DNA from: Selaginella moellendorffii
Taxonomy: Eukaryota > Plantae > Lycopodiophyta
DNA: 64,000 nt
Assembly (NCBI RefSeq): GCF_000143415.4
Contig: NW_003314319.1
Location: forward strand, 524,365 to 588,364
Direction: 5' to 3'
A program made the position numbers and the translations under genes. Shown in pieces: positions 25,161 to 37,623 of the stretch. The notes below the pieces were generated by a model. It was not told the origin of the DNA and made no database searches. It saw only the letters and a list, made by a program, of their open reading frames with translations. The number at the start of each line of letters is the position of its first letter. Within the stretch, counting starts at the first letter, position 1.

Positions 25161-28100
25161 ATGGCTGCTGCTGGGGGCAGCTGGGCGCCATGGGGGAGCG
25201 GTCTCCCCGGTCGATTGCACGATTTCGTGAAGACTGTGCTCCTCCAGCAGCTAGTTTCGCCCGGCGCAGCGGTAGCGTCTCATTCTCACTTGCCTCACTC
25301 TAAGGTTTGCTCAATCGCGATGCACAGGTGTGTGATCTTCTGTGCGGTAGAGGGACGGACACGGCGAAATTTGGAGCGGCGGGCATTGGTAGCTACGTGG
25401 GGCTCGGTATGTGTTTGTGCCTCTCCAGAGGTGTTTTTCATCTTAAATTCTGGCCAGATTTGTCCGCGTCGGCTCTCCAGGATGCTGAAGAGGAGTGGAG
25501 AACTCTCGGCAAGCCGTACACTGCGAGCTTCTGCCAGCTTGATCCTTTTCTCGTACGCTCTTGACATTCTTCTCAGGCTTAGCAAAATCAAATCTTGCAG
25601 GGAGACCTTGAATCGAAGCTGCAGGATAAGGAGCTGCCATTTGATACCATCTGTTGTTTGGGACATTTGCAGGTGTTCGTATATTTCTTTTAAGACTGGA
25701 GTTCTATCTCTGTTTCTCTTTTTTTTTCTTAGGACTCGTTCTCGAGCGAAGAGAAAGTAAAGCAGCTGCTGGAAAACGTTGTTAGCTTACTAAAGTTTGG
25801 CGGCATTTTCTTTGGAATCACTGCTGATGCTTCAACACTCTGGTTAGTTTCTCAAAGCACGATTTGTGGCAGTTTACCTTTTCTTGTATCAGGTCGAAGT
25901 ATCAAAAAGCTGTTGAATCGGCATTGAAGACAGGAACTTTACGTCCTGGCAGCACAATTCCCCGTGTCAAAGCCGAACTTTACACCATCACTTTTGACGA
26001 TGATCGGTTTGTAATTCCCTGGCTATATTCTCGGTGTATAACCCGTTGGTGTTTGTGCAGATTTAATATATTTGGGACAAGGTATCAGCTGCGTTTTGCT
26101 GATGATGGGCTTGCCCCTCAGAGCCAACTCCTCGTCCATTTCCCTAGCCTTATCAGGTAATGATAATTTCCTCTCTACTGTTAGTTCACTGTCGTGGCGA
26201 CTTTAATAGATTGGCTAAGGAAGCTGGGCTGGAATTTATCGAGATCCAAAATCTGGACGAGTTCTTTGAAGATTATCGGTATACACAAAGTCCTGTAATA
26301 TTTTCTTAGTTTGATGTTTTGGTTTTCTCTTGATAGGCATCTCTTTGCCGACGCATTTACAAGTAACTGCTCGAGCTTTTTAGATCCGAAAGGAAAGCTC
26401 ATGGCACCAATTCGCGATGTTCTTAGTACGTGAGCCGTTTTTCACTTTTCATGTTCTAATGACTTTGTTCAGGTTTGTATACTACGTTCATATTCAGAAA
26501 AGCGGAATCCTATTCCCCAGGTCGACCAGCTCTTCAGCCTACTTATGACCTGAAGGAGTCGATATCTACGCTAACAACGGAAGTGATCAAAGTTGCTGAG
26601 CAGAAGCCGGAATTGCGATCGTTTTCTCGTAGATCGCATAAAAATTCAGATGGCGAGACAAAGAAAAAGTCGATTTTCCGTAAAGACACGGAAGACAAAA
26701 GTAAGATTGAAGCCGTGGAGGAAGTTAAAGCTGAAGTAGTCAAGGAATTACGAACTTACGAACGTGCTCAACGTGACTCCAGAAGAAGAGGTTCCGAGAG
26801 TAGAGCCCAGGTTCAAGAAGCTGATTCCAGAAAGCAAGTAGCAGAAAGTCAGGGGGAATCAGCACAAGAGGACGAAGGAGGCGTTCGCAAAAGCGGCATG
26901 GACTCTACGAAGTGTCCGGACGTGGAAAACGATTCCTCGAGGTCTACGAAGCGTTCTGAGATGGAAGACGAATCCTGGAGGCCTACAAGGCGTGCAGACT
27001 TGGAAGAAGATTTCCGAAGATCTGCTAAAGGTGACGATGACTCCAGGAAGTCTGCGAAGCGAGCGGAGACGAGTGACGATTCTCGGAGGTCTACCAAACG
27101 TTCAGATAAGGATGACGATTTCAGGAGGTCGACAAAGACGGATGACGATTTCAGGAGGCCTGCAAAACGTCTGGAAATGGAGGAAGATTCTAGGAGAGTT
27201 TCCAAGCGGCTAGAGGCGGACGATGACTCCCGGCGGAGTTCGAGACGTCCAGAGGATTCCAGGAGATCTTCGACAAAGCGTTCAGACGTAGATGACGATG
27301 TTGGGAGGCCGTCAACAAGGCGTTCAGAGGCGGACGATGATTTTCGGAGGTCTGCAAGGCGACCAGAGATGGATGACGACTGCAAAAAGTCTGCAAAGCG
27401 GCCAGAGGTGGATGACGACTCCAGAAAGTCTACAAGGCGAGGAGAGATGGATGACGACTCAAGAAAGTCTACGAAGCACGAAGATGATGCCAGGAGGTCC
27501 ACTACAAGACGTCCAGAGGCGGAAGATGATTCTAGGAGGTCTACTACAAGACGTCTGGAGGTGGACGATGATTCCAGAAGGTCTACTACAAGACGTCCCG
27601 AGGTGGAAGATGATTCCAGGAGGACTACAAGACGTCCCGAGGGGGAAGATGATTCCAGGAGATCCACTACAAGACGTCCCGAGGCGGATGATGATTCCAG
27701 GAGGTCTACCACAAAGCGTCCAGAGGCGGATGATGATTCCAGGAGGTCTGCTACAAAGCGTCCAGAGGCGGATGACGATTCCTGGAGATCTACTACAAAG
27801 CTTCCAGAGGCAGAAGATGATTCCAGGAGGTCTACCTCAAAGCGTCCAGAACCGGAAGATGATCCTCGGCGGACGGAGGAGGACTCGAGGCGGTCGACTG
27901 GAAAGCGTCCAGAGACGGATGACGATTCCAGGCGGCCAGCAAAGCCTCGAGAGGCGGACGACAGGCCTACAACGCCGGCAGAGGTGCTTCCAGAGGTGGA
28001 CGATGAGTCCAGGAGGAAACACCACGAGGCCGACGTTCTTCCACCATCAAGAACGTCAACTCCGCCACCTCCGCCGCCACCACCGCCGCCGCCAGAGACC

Positions 28101-28499
28101 GAGGCAGCGGCAGCAGTAGCATCAACTTCGACGACTTCCACTCCGACTTGTTTGGAAGCGGCGGCCGAAGTAGCAGCGCCGGAGCCAAACGGAGAGGAAG
28201 CTCCGCCGCCGTCAAAAGCTCCACCCGTTTACGAATACAAGAGGAGGAACCAGCATCGCTGGGTGAACAAGGCTTACATCCAGCCGCAAGCACCACAGCC
28301 GCCTCCACCGCCGCCGCCGCAAGCATTTCCAAGCCCAGGTTCCGAGATGGAGCTTCGAGCCGAGATGGAAGCTTACCAGCGGAGGCTCAACGTTCCAAGT
28401 ATCTTGGGACCAGGACCAGCAGTTCCACTCATGATCCATGCTTTCAGGAGAGGAGACGCGAGTAGAAACTACATGAAAGACCGCAGCTTTCACAGGTAA
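25161..28499 (+). CDS. mRNA cap guanine-N7 methyltransferase 2-like protein with a long charged repeat insertion
   Basis: RLHDFVKT, VCDLLCGRGTD, YVGL|DLS, FFGITADAST, YQLRFADD...QLLVHFPSLIR, LYTTFIFRK and a distal ILGPGP motif, as in the plant cap MTase 2 family. Confidence 0.85.
26925..28010 (+). repeat. Coding tandem repeat with a ~42-nt/14-aa unit (PEADDDSRRSTTKR), >20 degenerate copies
   Basis: Seen in ORF 26475-28499. The most homogeneous copies are at ~27480-27870. Confidence 0.92.
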
Positions 28500-28689
28500 A
28501 ATAGTCTTCTCTCTGTTTCTCTCGTAGTGCTTGCTCCAAGTTGGTTTTTTATAAGCGAGGCTTGTCGAAAGCTTGGAACAGGATGAACAGGAAAAAGCAT
28601 AGCTCGAATGATATAAGATGGTTTCCCGAGAAACAGTCTTTTGTAAAGAGATTCTACAAGTAACTCATGTACTTGACTTCGATCTTCTC

Positions 28690-30032
28690 TCAGTCTGTCT
28701 TCTGCTGCATTCCAGGGGGATACAAGACTCTCTCGACGCTCGGGAAGCTGTCCATGATGACTTTGGTGACTGGCTTCCCTGGCTGTAGCTCCTTGACGAA
28801 GAAGAGGCTAATGAAAGTCTCCAAGAGCTGGGGAACGAAGACGCGAAACAGCGGTGAGACCTTGTACCAGGCCGGCACCACCACGTAGCGCTCGCCTCTG
28901 GTGGCCGCGGACACGATCTGCTTCGCGCAGTACTGCGTTGAAGCTACTGGAGAAGGGCCGACGAGAGTCTGCGAAGTGAAAGCTCGTGAGCGAACTCCAG
29001 AACTGTCGATACAGAGGATGGTTTCTAAAACTTACGTCGCGTATGTCAACGTTCATGTATTGCTTCCCCTCGGCTGACATGAACTTGCCCATTGTCATCT
29101 CGCTGTGGATGTAGCCAGGCATGGCAATCGTCATTCCTCCTATATCTGATCGCTCCTCAGTCCTCAGGGTATCGAAGAAGTTCACCACGGCTGCTTTGGA
29201 GGCCTGGAAAATCCGTGTTTGAGACGAGCAACGAAATATAATATCTAGAACCGCTTACGTTGTACATTGACATCCTCGGGATGGGAAGCCAGGACGCAGT
29301 CGAGGCCGTGACGACAATCTTTCCTCGGCTCTTGCGGAGATGAGGCAAAGCGAAGTATGTAGTATAGACGCAACCCATGAAATTCACATCCTGCTCCACA
29401 GTTCACAGAAAGATAATGGCTCAGAAAAAGGAAGAAAATAAAAAAGAAAATGCTGGACTTTACCATGATCTCTCCAAACTTTTCGCTTCCTCGAAGAAGA
29501 AGCTGTTCGCAATACCATGATTGCAGACAAGGTGATCAACTGTGTATCACAAAGATAAACTCGTTAGCAATAATCAAAGAAAAAATTTACTTGTCAGGCT
29601 TACTTTTTCCCAAGGTGTTGATCGTCACATCCACAACCTTCTTACATTCTTCCTCCCTAGAAACGTCGGCGACGACCACCAGAGTATCAGTAGCACGCTC
29701 GGATCGAACGCGCTCCTGGACGTTCTTGAGTTGATTCTCTCGCCTCCCAATAAGCACCACCTTGGCTCCTCGCTTGCCATACTCGTAGGCCATGTACTAT
29801 CCACATCGAGAAAGAGTTGGATCAAGCAATCTCTAGAGAAAAAAGCAAGAAAAGACCATCGTACCTCTCCAATCCCGGAAGAAGGCCCAGTGATGACGGC
29901 GACCTTGCCGCGGACATTTTCCGCGAGCGCGTAGCTGAAAACCCATCGCCAGAAGCTCAGGCACGCGACCGCAGGCCAGGTTAACAGCAGGAAGACGAGG
30001 CCAAGCGGCGGCACCACAAGATTAAGCAGCAT
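28690..30032 (-). CDS. HSD1: 11-beta-hydroxysteroid dehydrogenase-like SDR (steroleosin)
   Basis: N-terminal hydrophobic anchor LNLVVPP...TWP, VAVITGPSSGIGE, DVNFMGCVYTTYFALPHLRKSRGKI, catalytic YNASK, PGYIHSEMTMGKF. The exact start is uncertain. Confidence 0.9.
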
Positions 30033-30314
30033 TTGTATCTCTCCAATCGCTCCCGCCAAAGTCCCCGAGCTCGCAAAGAACCCTCAGTTATGCTGTGCCT
30101 CCTCTACGATTACATGGCCTCCACATGTTCACTCTCAAAGTAAACCTAAAAAACGGACTTTACCATTTTACTACTAACCCGGTAAAGGTCACTCTCTAAC
30201 CCTGTAGTGTTGTCTTGTCAAAAAGCAAAAGAACCGCGCAGTAACGAATCGAATCTAATAATCACATATTCCGGCCAGCCACGTGGTCCAAAAAGAGGAA
30301 AAGGGAGCCAGACG

Positions 30315-30440
30315 GCATATGCTGCCCGCCGGAAGGTTCTCCCGCCATTGCCGGGCGACGTCAGCGCAGATTCCCCAGACGGCGTGCAAACGGAATATTC
30401 TCTAAGCGGAATATCTTAGCTTTGCGGGGCAAAATATTCG
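30315..30440. promoter_or_regulatory. P1BS elements and near-matches upstream of the second MYB-CC gene
   Basis: GCATATGC at 30315 and GAATATTC at 30393, plus one-mismatch GAATATCT and AAATATTC nearby. Confidence 0.55.
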
Positions 30441-30653
30441 CACTGCGAGCCAGTCCGCAGCACGGCAGGGCGCCCTTCCGGTGCGCATTCTCTCGCACCA
30501 ACAGGGGCGCGAGGAGGGGCGCCACGATCCCTTAGGGTAGGCTCTGGAGCGCCGGCGATGGGGCGTGATTCCTAGCCGGGCGGCGTTAGCAGTGTGGTTG
30601 TAGCGCCGCGGGGGAGGAGATCGATCGATCGGCGAGCCCTAGGGGCGGCAGCG

Positions 30654-31893
30654 ATGTACCAGATGAAGAAATATCCCAGCCCGCAGCTGATTCCTCACAG
30701 GGGAGGAGCGATGCCGGCGCAAAGCGAGCCGCTCTACATCGCCAGCGGCGGCGATTCGGTGGTGTCGTCGATCGAGCCCAAGCCTCGGCTGCGCTGGACG
30801 CCCGAGCTCCACGAGCGCTTCGTGGAGGCCGTCACGCAGCTCGGTGGTGCTGACAGTAAGGATCTAGCTCTCCAAAAAAAATTTGGCTCTTCTTCCTAGG
30901 AGCTCGCCTCAAAGTAAGGTTTTTCTTTCGCTGTTTGCTCGCAGAGGCTACGCCCAAGTCCGTGATGAGAGTGATGGGCGTCAAGGGATTGACACTGTAT
31001 CATCTTAAGAGCCATCTCCAGGTGAGGACGGTACTTTTGGTCAGAGCTCTCAAAATCAAGGGAGAACTTTATAGGCCTAGCTTTTTCTTCTTCAAGTCTT
31101 CTTAAGTTTTGGCTGCCAATCTGCGCAGAAGTACAGGCTTGGGATGCAAATGCACAAGGAGAACAATGGCGATGGAAAGAAAGAAGGTGAATTTAAAGGC
31201 ACAGCTACAAAAGATTTATTTTCTTTCCTTGCCTGGAAACTTCTAACCATAATCTAATCAACAGGAGGTGCTAAAGCACAGACCACTGGCTCACAAAACT
31301 CTATGAACTCCAACTTATCAGAGTAAAAATACCAGCTTTGAAGTATCTCTTTCGGACTCTTAACGTTTTTTCCTCGTATCCAGTGGCTACGAGATCAACC
31401 GGGCTCTCTCGATGCAAATGGAAGTGCAACGAAAACTCCACGAGCAACTAGAGGTATGTGTTTTCTCCTCGTGGAGGAAGGCAAGCCATCACTTGAACTC
31501 TAGAAGACTTCAAACACCTTTGCGCAGGTCCAGAAGCATTTGCAGCTACGAATCGAAGCGCAGAGCAAGTACCTGCAAAACATCCTCGAAAAGGCTCGCG
31601 ACGCATTCGTGGGACACATTCCAACCTCGGCGGAGCTGGAGGCGGCGCACGCCGAGCTGACCGAGCTGGCCAAAGGAACTCTCGAGGGGTTTGAGTTCAC
31701 AGTGCCTCCATTGCCGGAGCTCCCTTCGCCTTCGTCTGAGACGAAGGCAGCTAATCAAACTCCAGCAGCACCAACGGGGAAGAAATCGACCACATCAAAT
31801 CTAACACTCAACCAGCAGCAGCAGCAGCAGCAGCAGCGGGATGGCCAAGAACTAGACAGCGATCAAGCTGCGGAGATCGACATAACGACATAG
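30654..31893 (+). CDS. MYB-CC (PHR1-like/PHL) transcription factor
   Basis: KPRLRWTPELHERFVEAVTQLGGAD|KATPKSVMRVMGVKGLTLYHLKSHLQ|KYRL, and MQMEVQRKLHEQLE|VQKHLQLRIEAQSKYLQNIL. Confidence 0.93.
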
Positions 31894-32209
31894 TTCTCTC
31901 ACAGCGGTGGTAATGTTTCAATACTCTTCTGACAGCCATTGCTAACAGCAGCTCAAAAGACCAAGAAGGAACAAGAAGTGAGAGAGAGGCACTGTACAAA
32001 ATGTTTGAATGGTTTTTGGGTGGGAGGCGCCGATGTAAAGGACCTCGCTGTAAAATCGATGTAACTGGCAGGGAGATCTAACGCTAGGAAAGACAGTTCT
32101 TCCAATATATATAAAGATGGTTTATTGGACGAGATTTGCGCCAGCGGCTTCATAGCGTTGTAGAACAGTGCACGATCGATTCATGCCCGCATTTTGCCTT
32201 GATTTGTTT

Positions 32210-33000
32210 CAATTCTAGACTACAATGAGAAGTATGGCATTTGAAGACGTGAGTCGGTTCTTTGCAAATTGCCTTCCTCATTCTTTCCATTCCTTGCTAA
32301 AGACGCTGTGTTAAAACCCGCCGTGGACTGGAAGCTTGCCGCAAGGAGAATATCAAGCATGTCATCTTCACTTCACCATGCTTTACGATCCAAAGCAGCC
32401 TCGAGAACAAAGAATCGAGAGCTGTACTGCCGAGACAATCAGGTAAACGCGTTTTTGTATTATCGATGAGATCATTTCGAACTTTCTTGCAGCACTGGTG
32501 CTTGCTGAAACAATCTCGTTGGCGACGAGTTTGGGATACGTGCTGTTGTGATCTGCCCTGCTGGTGTGCTCAGCTTAATCCTCCAAGCGACAGTAAACAT
32601 CCGCGTTGGAATCGTGTCAAGTTTGATGGATTGAGAAGCGTTTGGCTTTCATGCCGGCTCTCAAACCAGCTTTCCCAACATGCATTATAGAATCGTGGAT
32701 GTACGAGACGTTGCCGAAGCACACATTGCTGGCTACGAAGATCCCGACGCCTGTGGCCGCTACTGCTGCGTTGCGTACGCTAAGCTTTGCAAGGAAATTA
32801 TTGAGTTCCCAGAGTATCCATACCAGACAAGTAAGCCATTCTTCTCGGTCGCTTTCGATAAAAAAAACATGTTTCTTCTCTAGGATTGCCCTTCGACAAG
32901 ATCTCAAACAAGAAAATCCTGTCCCTTGTGAGCGAGTTCGGTTTTTACGAGAAGATGCTGGTGGACATGGCTGCCAGCCTACAGGAGAGAGGTTTACTAT
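32210..33000 (+). pseudogene. CCR-like reductase pseudogene (copy 1, many deletions and frameshifts)
   Basis: Fragments colinear with the intact copies ([31 protein letters not shown]). No intact N-terminus. Confidence 0.85.
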
Positions 33001-33165
33001 CAAATATCAACAACTACTAGGGAGCTAAACGCTTGGAATTTTGTCAAGCTAAGCCGTTTTTGTCCGAACTCTCATGACCGTCTAATGTGACTTTTTCTCT
33101 TCAGATAATACTGAAAAACAATATGTTCTTTGAAATAGTAGTACTATAGGGGCCATTTTGCGATT

Positions 33166-34388
33166 ATGGAGGGAGGGAAGAGGGCTTGCGTGATTGGCGC
33201 CGGCGGCTTCATCGCGTCGTGGATCGTCACCAAGCTGCTGGATCGAGGCTACAAAGTTCATGGCACCGTTCGAGATCCTGGTGAGCGATGTATTGGTCGG
33301 TTCTTGGCTTTTGATTCCTTTGGATTCCAGATGACAATGAGAAGTATGGACATTTGAAGAAGCTCCCTGGAGCCAGGGAGAGATTATCGCTGTTTAGAGC
33401 TGATGTTCTCGACTATGACTCGCTTGTGCCCGCTGTTCGTGGCTGCGATGTTGTCTTCCACACCGCTTGTCCAGTTGCTCTAAAGTTTGAGGATCCAGAC
33501 GTGAGTTTTTCTTCTTTCCTGGGGATTTTTCGTTCTTATCGATCATACTGCTGTCTTTGATAGGCTGTGTTAAAACCCGCTATGGATGGCACTCGAAATG
33601 TAATGGAAGCTTGCCACAAGGGGAATATCAAGCATGTTGTGTTCACCTCCTCTGGAGCTGCCATACTTTTCGATCCAAACCGTCCGCCGGATCAAATCAT
33701 CGATGAGAGCTGCTGGTCTGACCCTGAATTCTGCCGAAAGAGCAAGGTAAAAGGAAGAGATAACGATTCTTTCCTAAACTGGTCACTATTTTTCTTCCAG
33801 AACTGGTACATGCTTGCTAAAACCGAGTCCGAGAAGCTCGTTTGCAAACTTGGGGACGAGTTTGGGATCCATGTTGTTGTCATCTGTCCAGTTTTCGTAC
33901 TAGGCCCCATCTTGCAATCCAAGATCAACACCAGCGCTGCACTCGTGGCAAATCTGATGAATGGTACAATTTTTTCTTCTTTTTTCTTTTAAGCTTTGTT
34001 CAGGCTCGAAAAGTAGCTACCCCAACACATACTATTCACTCGTTGACGTGCGAGATGTTGCCGAGGCGCACATTGCCGGCTACGAGGATCCCAACGCCTC
34101 TGGCCGCTACTACTGTATTGCGTGCTCCAAGCTTTGCAAGGAAATGATTGAGACTCTCAAGGAGAAGTTCCCCCAGTACCAATACCCCCACAAGTAGGCC
34201 GTCCTTGCGTGATCAAAAACACTTTTTTTTTCTTTCTATTTTGCAGGTGTGAAGGTGAGATCACTGAAGGTAACTCATTCGAGAAGATCTCGAACAAGAA
34301 GATCCTGTCCCTCGTCAAGGAGTTCATCCCCTACGAGAAGACGCTGGTGGACACGGTCACTAGCCTGCAAGAGAAAGGCTTGCTCTAA
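33166..34388 (+). CDS. Cinnamoyl-CoA reductase-like/DFR-like SDR (copy 2)
   Basis: [24 protein letters not shown], catalytic NWYMLAK, VDVRDVA. Six exons with GT-AG introns. Confidence 0.9.
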
Positions 34389-34529
34389 CACAATGGTCGA
34401 AATGCTGGAATAAAAGACAATGTTTTGAGGTAAAGGATCCAGTACTCTAAACTTTCTTCCAGCTTCTCTAAGCTACCGGATGCACTGGTCTTCGCGGAGA
34501 TCCACCCTCGCTCCAGTGGCGGCATGAGA

Positions 34530-37500
34530 ATCAGGTTCCATACCAAATTGATCACTCCTTTGGAAAGAAAGGATAACCACACATATAACGATAGTAATAA
34601 ATGGAAAAATTCAGTTAAAAACACTACTGCTATCTTTTCGTTTGTTCTGTTAATAGGCAGCTATGTCATATAACAGTTATACAAGAAGTCTAAGCATCCA
34701 TGCAATCACCATGTCTAAAACCCTTCTATAATTCTACCGTACTACATCCAAACCCGGGATTTAACTTCTTGTACTCGTGCTTCACCACTGTATCCAGATA
34801 CCACGCATCTAGAACACGGTAAACAGGCATTGCAGGCTCTTTTCATAAGCTTAGTGTGGCTTTTGATCATCCTTCTATGGTTTGCGTCATTTGCTGAACT
34901 TTGATCTCTTTTTGCATCTATGGCAATGGTGGATGGTGATGACGATGGTGATGATCACCACCTCACGAGCTTGCACGATGGTGTTGACGGCAATCATCGT
35001 GAAGGGAGCCTCCTATGCCAACTTCTTCGGCTTGATCCTCATGGGTGGACAACGGTTTGTATTAGTGATTTATAAGTAAGAAAATTATATTTGGTTTGCC
35101 ATAAAGAAAATAATAAATGAAAAAAAAAAATTAGTTTCATGTGAAATAGAAGACAAATAGTCGTAATAAGAAAAACATAAGAAAGCCAGAGTATTATTGG
35201 CTAAGTGCTAAAGTAATGAGATTTATTGGCTCAAGGTGATTATAATGCTCATTATAATCATAGCTTCCTATTCATGTTGGTTGGATACCTGGCTTTTGCA
35301 TGCAAGACAAGATGGTTGATTATCATCATGATTGTTGCAAGTTCATCTTCAGTTCAGGGGGAGCTACAGATTTTCAAACCTGGCAACATCAACTTGGCTA
35401 CATGAATTACAGTAGTTGCAACGAGATAAGTGGTTGATAGCTTGGCCATCACACCTTCTTCAATGCCATTAAGTGAGCCTTACATTTTAAGAAAGCAATA
35501 TCATTGAGCTTTTAATTCTAGAGGGAGTGTTCTTGCACAAAATCCTCTCCAATCGGTTCACTCGGATTTTTGTGGCCTTTCTAAGTGATGGCATAAGAGG
35601 AGGTACACAAAAAGCTGGTTTTTTATGTATAACTAGTTTCAAAACAATATGGGAAAAATTTATATGCCATTTTTATGGGTTTGGGAATGGTTTTTTAATT
35701 GGGTTACGCTCTACCATGATAGAAGTGGTTTCACACATAGGGTTTGCTAGTTTCTAGTATGACTCATGTGTTATTTAGCAATCAATTTAGGAGTTGTTTT
35801 GGTGTGGTTTCTAGGAATATTTTGGGAATAAAAGTATGTATAGTTTTCTATATAATTCACCAAGATATAGTTTTGACTGTTTATGTGACTAATGGAAAAA
35901 GTAGTTTTTGGATTAATGTTTTGGCCACCTAATTTTTAGCTTAATTTACATATGTTTCTGCATATAGATTTTATATATTTGAATATAGACTGGTTTACAA
36001 TATATTTTGCAATAGATATGATTTTAGATATATTTTCCTAGTTACTATTACAATAGTGTAGTCCTAAATATTTGTGGACTAAGTCTCTTCAAAAATAATT
36101 GCTTGTCAAATTTCATAACCCATTCACTAGGCTTCCTCAATTATAAATTTATGAACATTTGGCAATTGATAGATATGCTCCTTGCTCTTATAATATTTCT
36201 TTGTGTTAACAAGATAAAGCTTCAATCCAAATACTATAGTTTTTATGTTGAGTTTAAAATTTTCTATAGGTAACTTTTTAGTTTAAGTGAAGAAATGAAG
36301 GTATTTACATTGATTTAATATGATATTCCTTTAGTGATAGTTGATTTTTTTTACACATTCTCCTCTTAAACTCTATTATTTTTTTCTTTCTCTTCATATG
36401 CAACAATAATAGTCTCTTTTAACAAATTTCAGTGATGTTAAGTGAACTGAAATATGTGGCAACTACCACCTATTTGAGTGCCAACTTTCCTCCCATCACT
36501 TGTTCTTCTAATTTTTTTCTGAAAGCATCAAGAGGCATTTGAAGTATACAATTTGTGCTTCAGTTAGGTAAGAGGCAATAGTCATATTGTTGATAAAGAT
36601 CCCAGTGCACCATAGAAAGTAATTGTATGTCTTTAGTTTTCTTTGCCATTTTATTGAGAGCCATTCTACAGGCTTGTTCTGGGAGTGTTCTTTCTTTCTT
36701 AATAGCATTAAACCATTTTAAAATTTTTGATAATTAAGAATTTAGCTATATCATTTGAAAAACCTAATCCAAAGCTTGTCCTCAACAGAGAGAATTTAAA
36801 AAGGCATTTAATCACATCCTGCCACGATAACTTTATGTGGATAATAATTATTACTATATACTGCAAACTAAGTCTTAAAACTTATTTCTTATGCCCAAAA
36901 GGGATTAATTGTTCAACTGCTCAATTCATCATACCTAAGAAAGTCATCATATTGAGAAGATCATATAAAGAACTTAACAGAATCATAAAACTTTCATTAT
37001 AACCTTAACTGTGCATTTCTCATAAGTGGATATTAAGCAAAGATTTTGTTTGAATCCTATTTGCATATATTAGGCAATTAAAATAGGCATAAAAAACAGT
37101 AAATACAAATGAAATACTTGAAATATTGGATTTGTTGCTTCTCTATGGAACTTTTATTTTCCATTATCAAACTACATTAAATTTAAAGAAGAAATATGTG
37201 CATAAACTTGAAAAGTAACAACACCTTGCAATAACATCCTTATAAGGACTTATCCAAGATTTGAAAATTGCAAAAGTTTGGTGATTTATTTTTGTTAAAA
37301 TTAGGTCATATAGAAAATTAAGGAGATATTAATAACAAAGACAGTGTTACTATTAATAGCCTTGATGATGGTATGCTATTGCATATTGTTTCTCATATCT
37401 TATGTACACTTATTTCTATAATTTAAATTTTATTTTATTATAATATTTTTAATTAATTTTAAGTATATAAAGTACAAAAGCTTTTTATTCATACTATAAC

Positions 37501-37561
37501 AGCATTATCTTGATTATAAAGTTTGATATGACTACAAAAAATGTTTAAATAAAGTTTCTTT

Positions 37562-37623
<62 letters not shown>

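Noticed and set aside
27480-27870. Regular ~42-nt repeats resembling a CRISPR array
   Set aside because: No unique spacers; it is an in-frame coding repeat in a eukaryotic gene.
26849-28141. 430-aa antisense ORF and 275-aa alternative-frame ORF
   Set aside because: Shadow frames kept open by the tandem repeat of the sense CDS.
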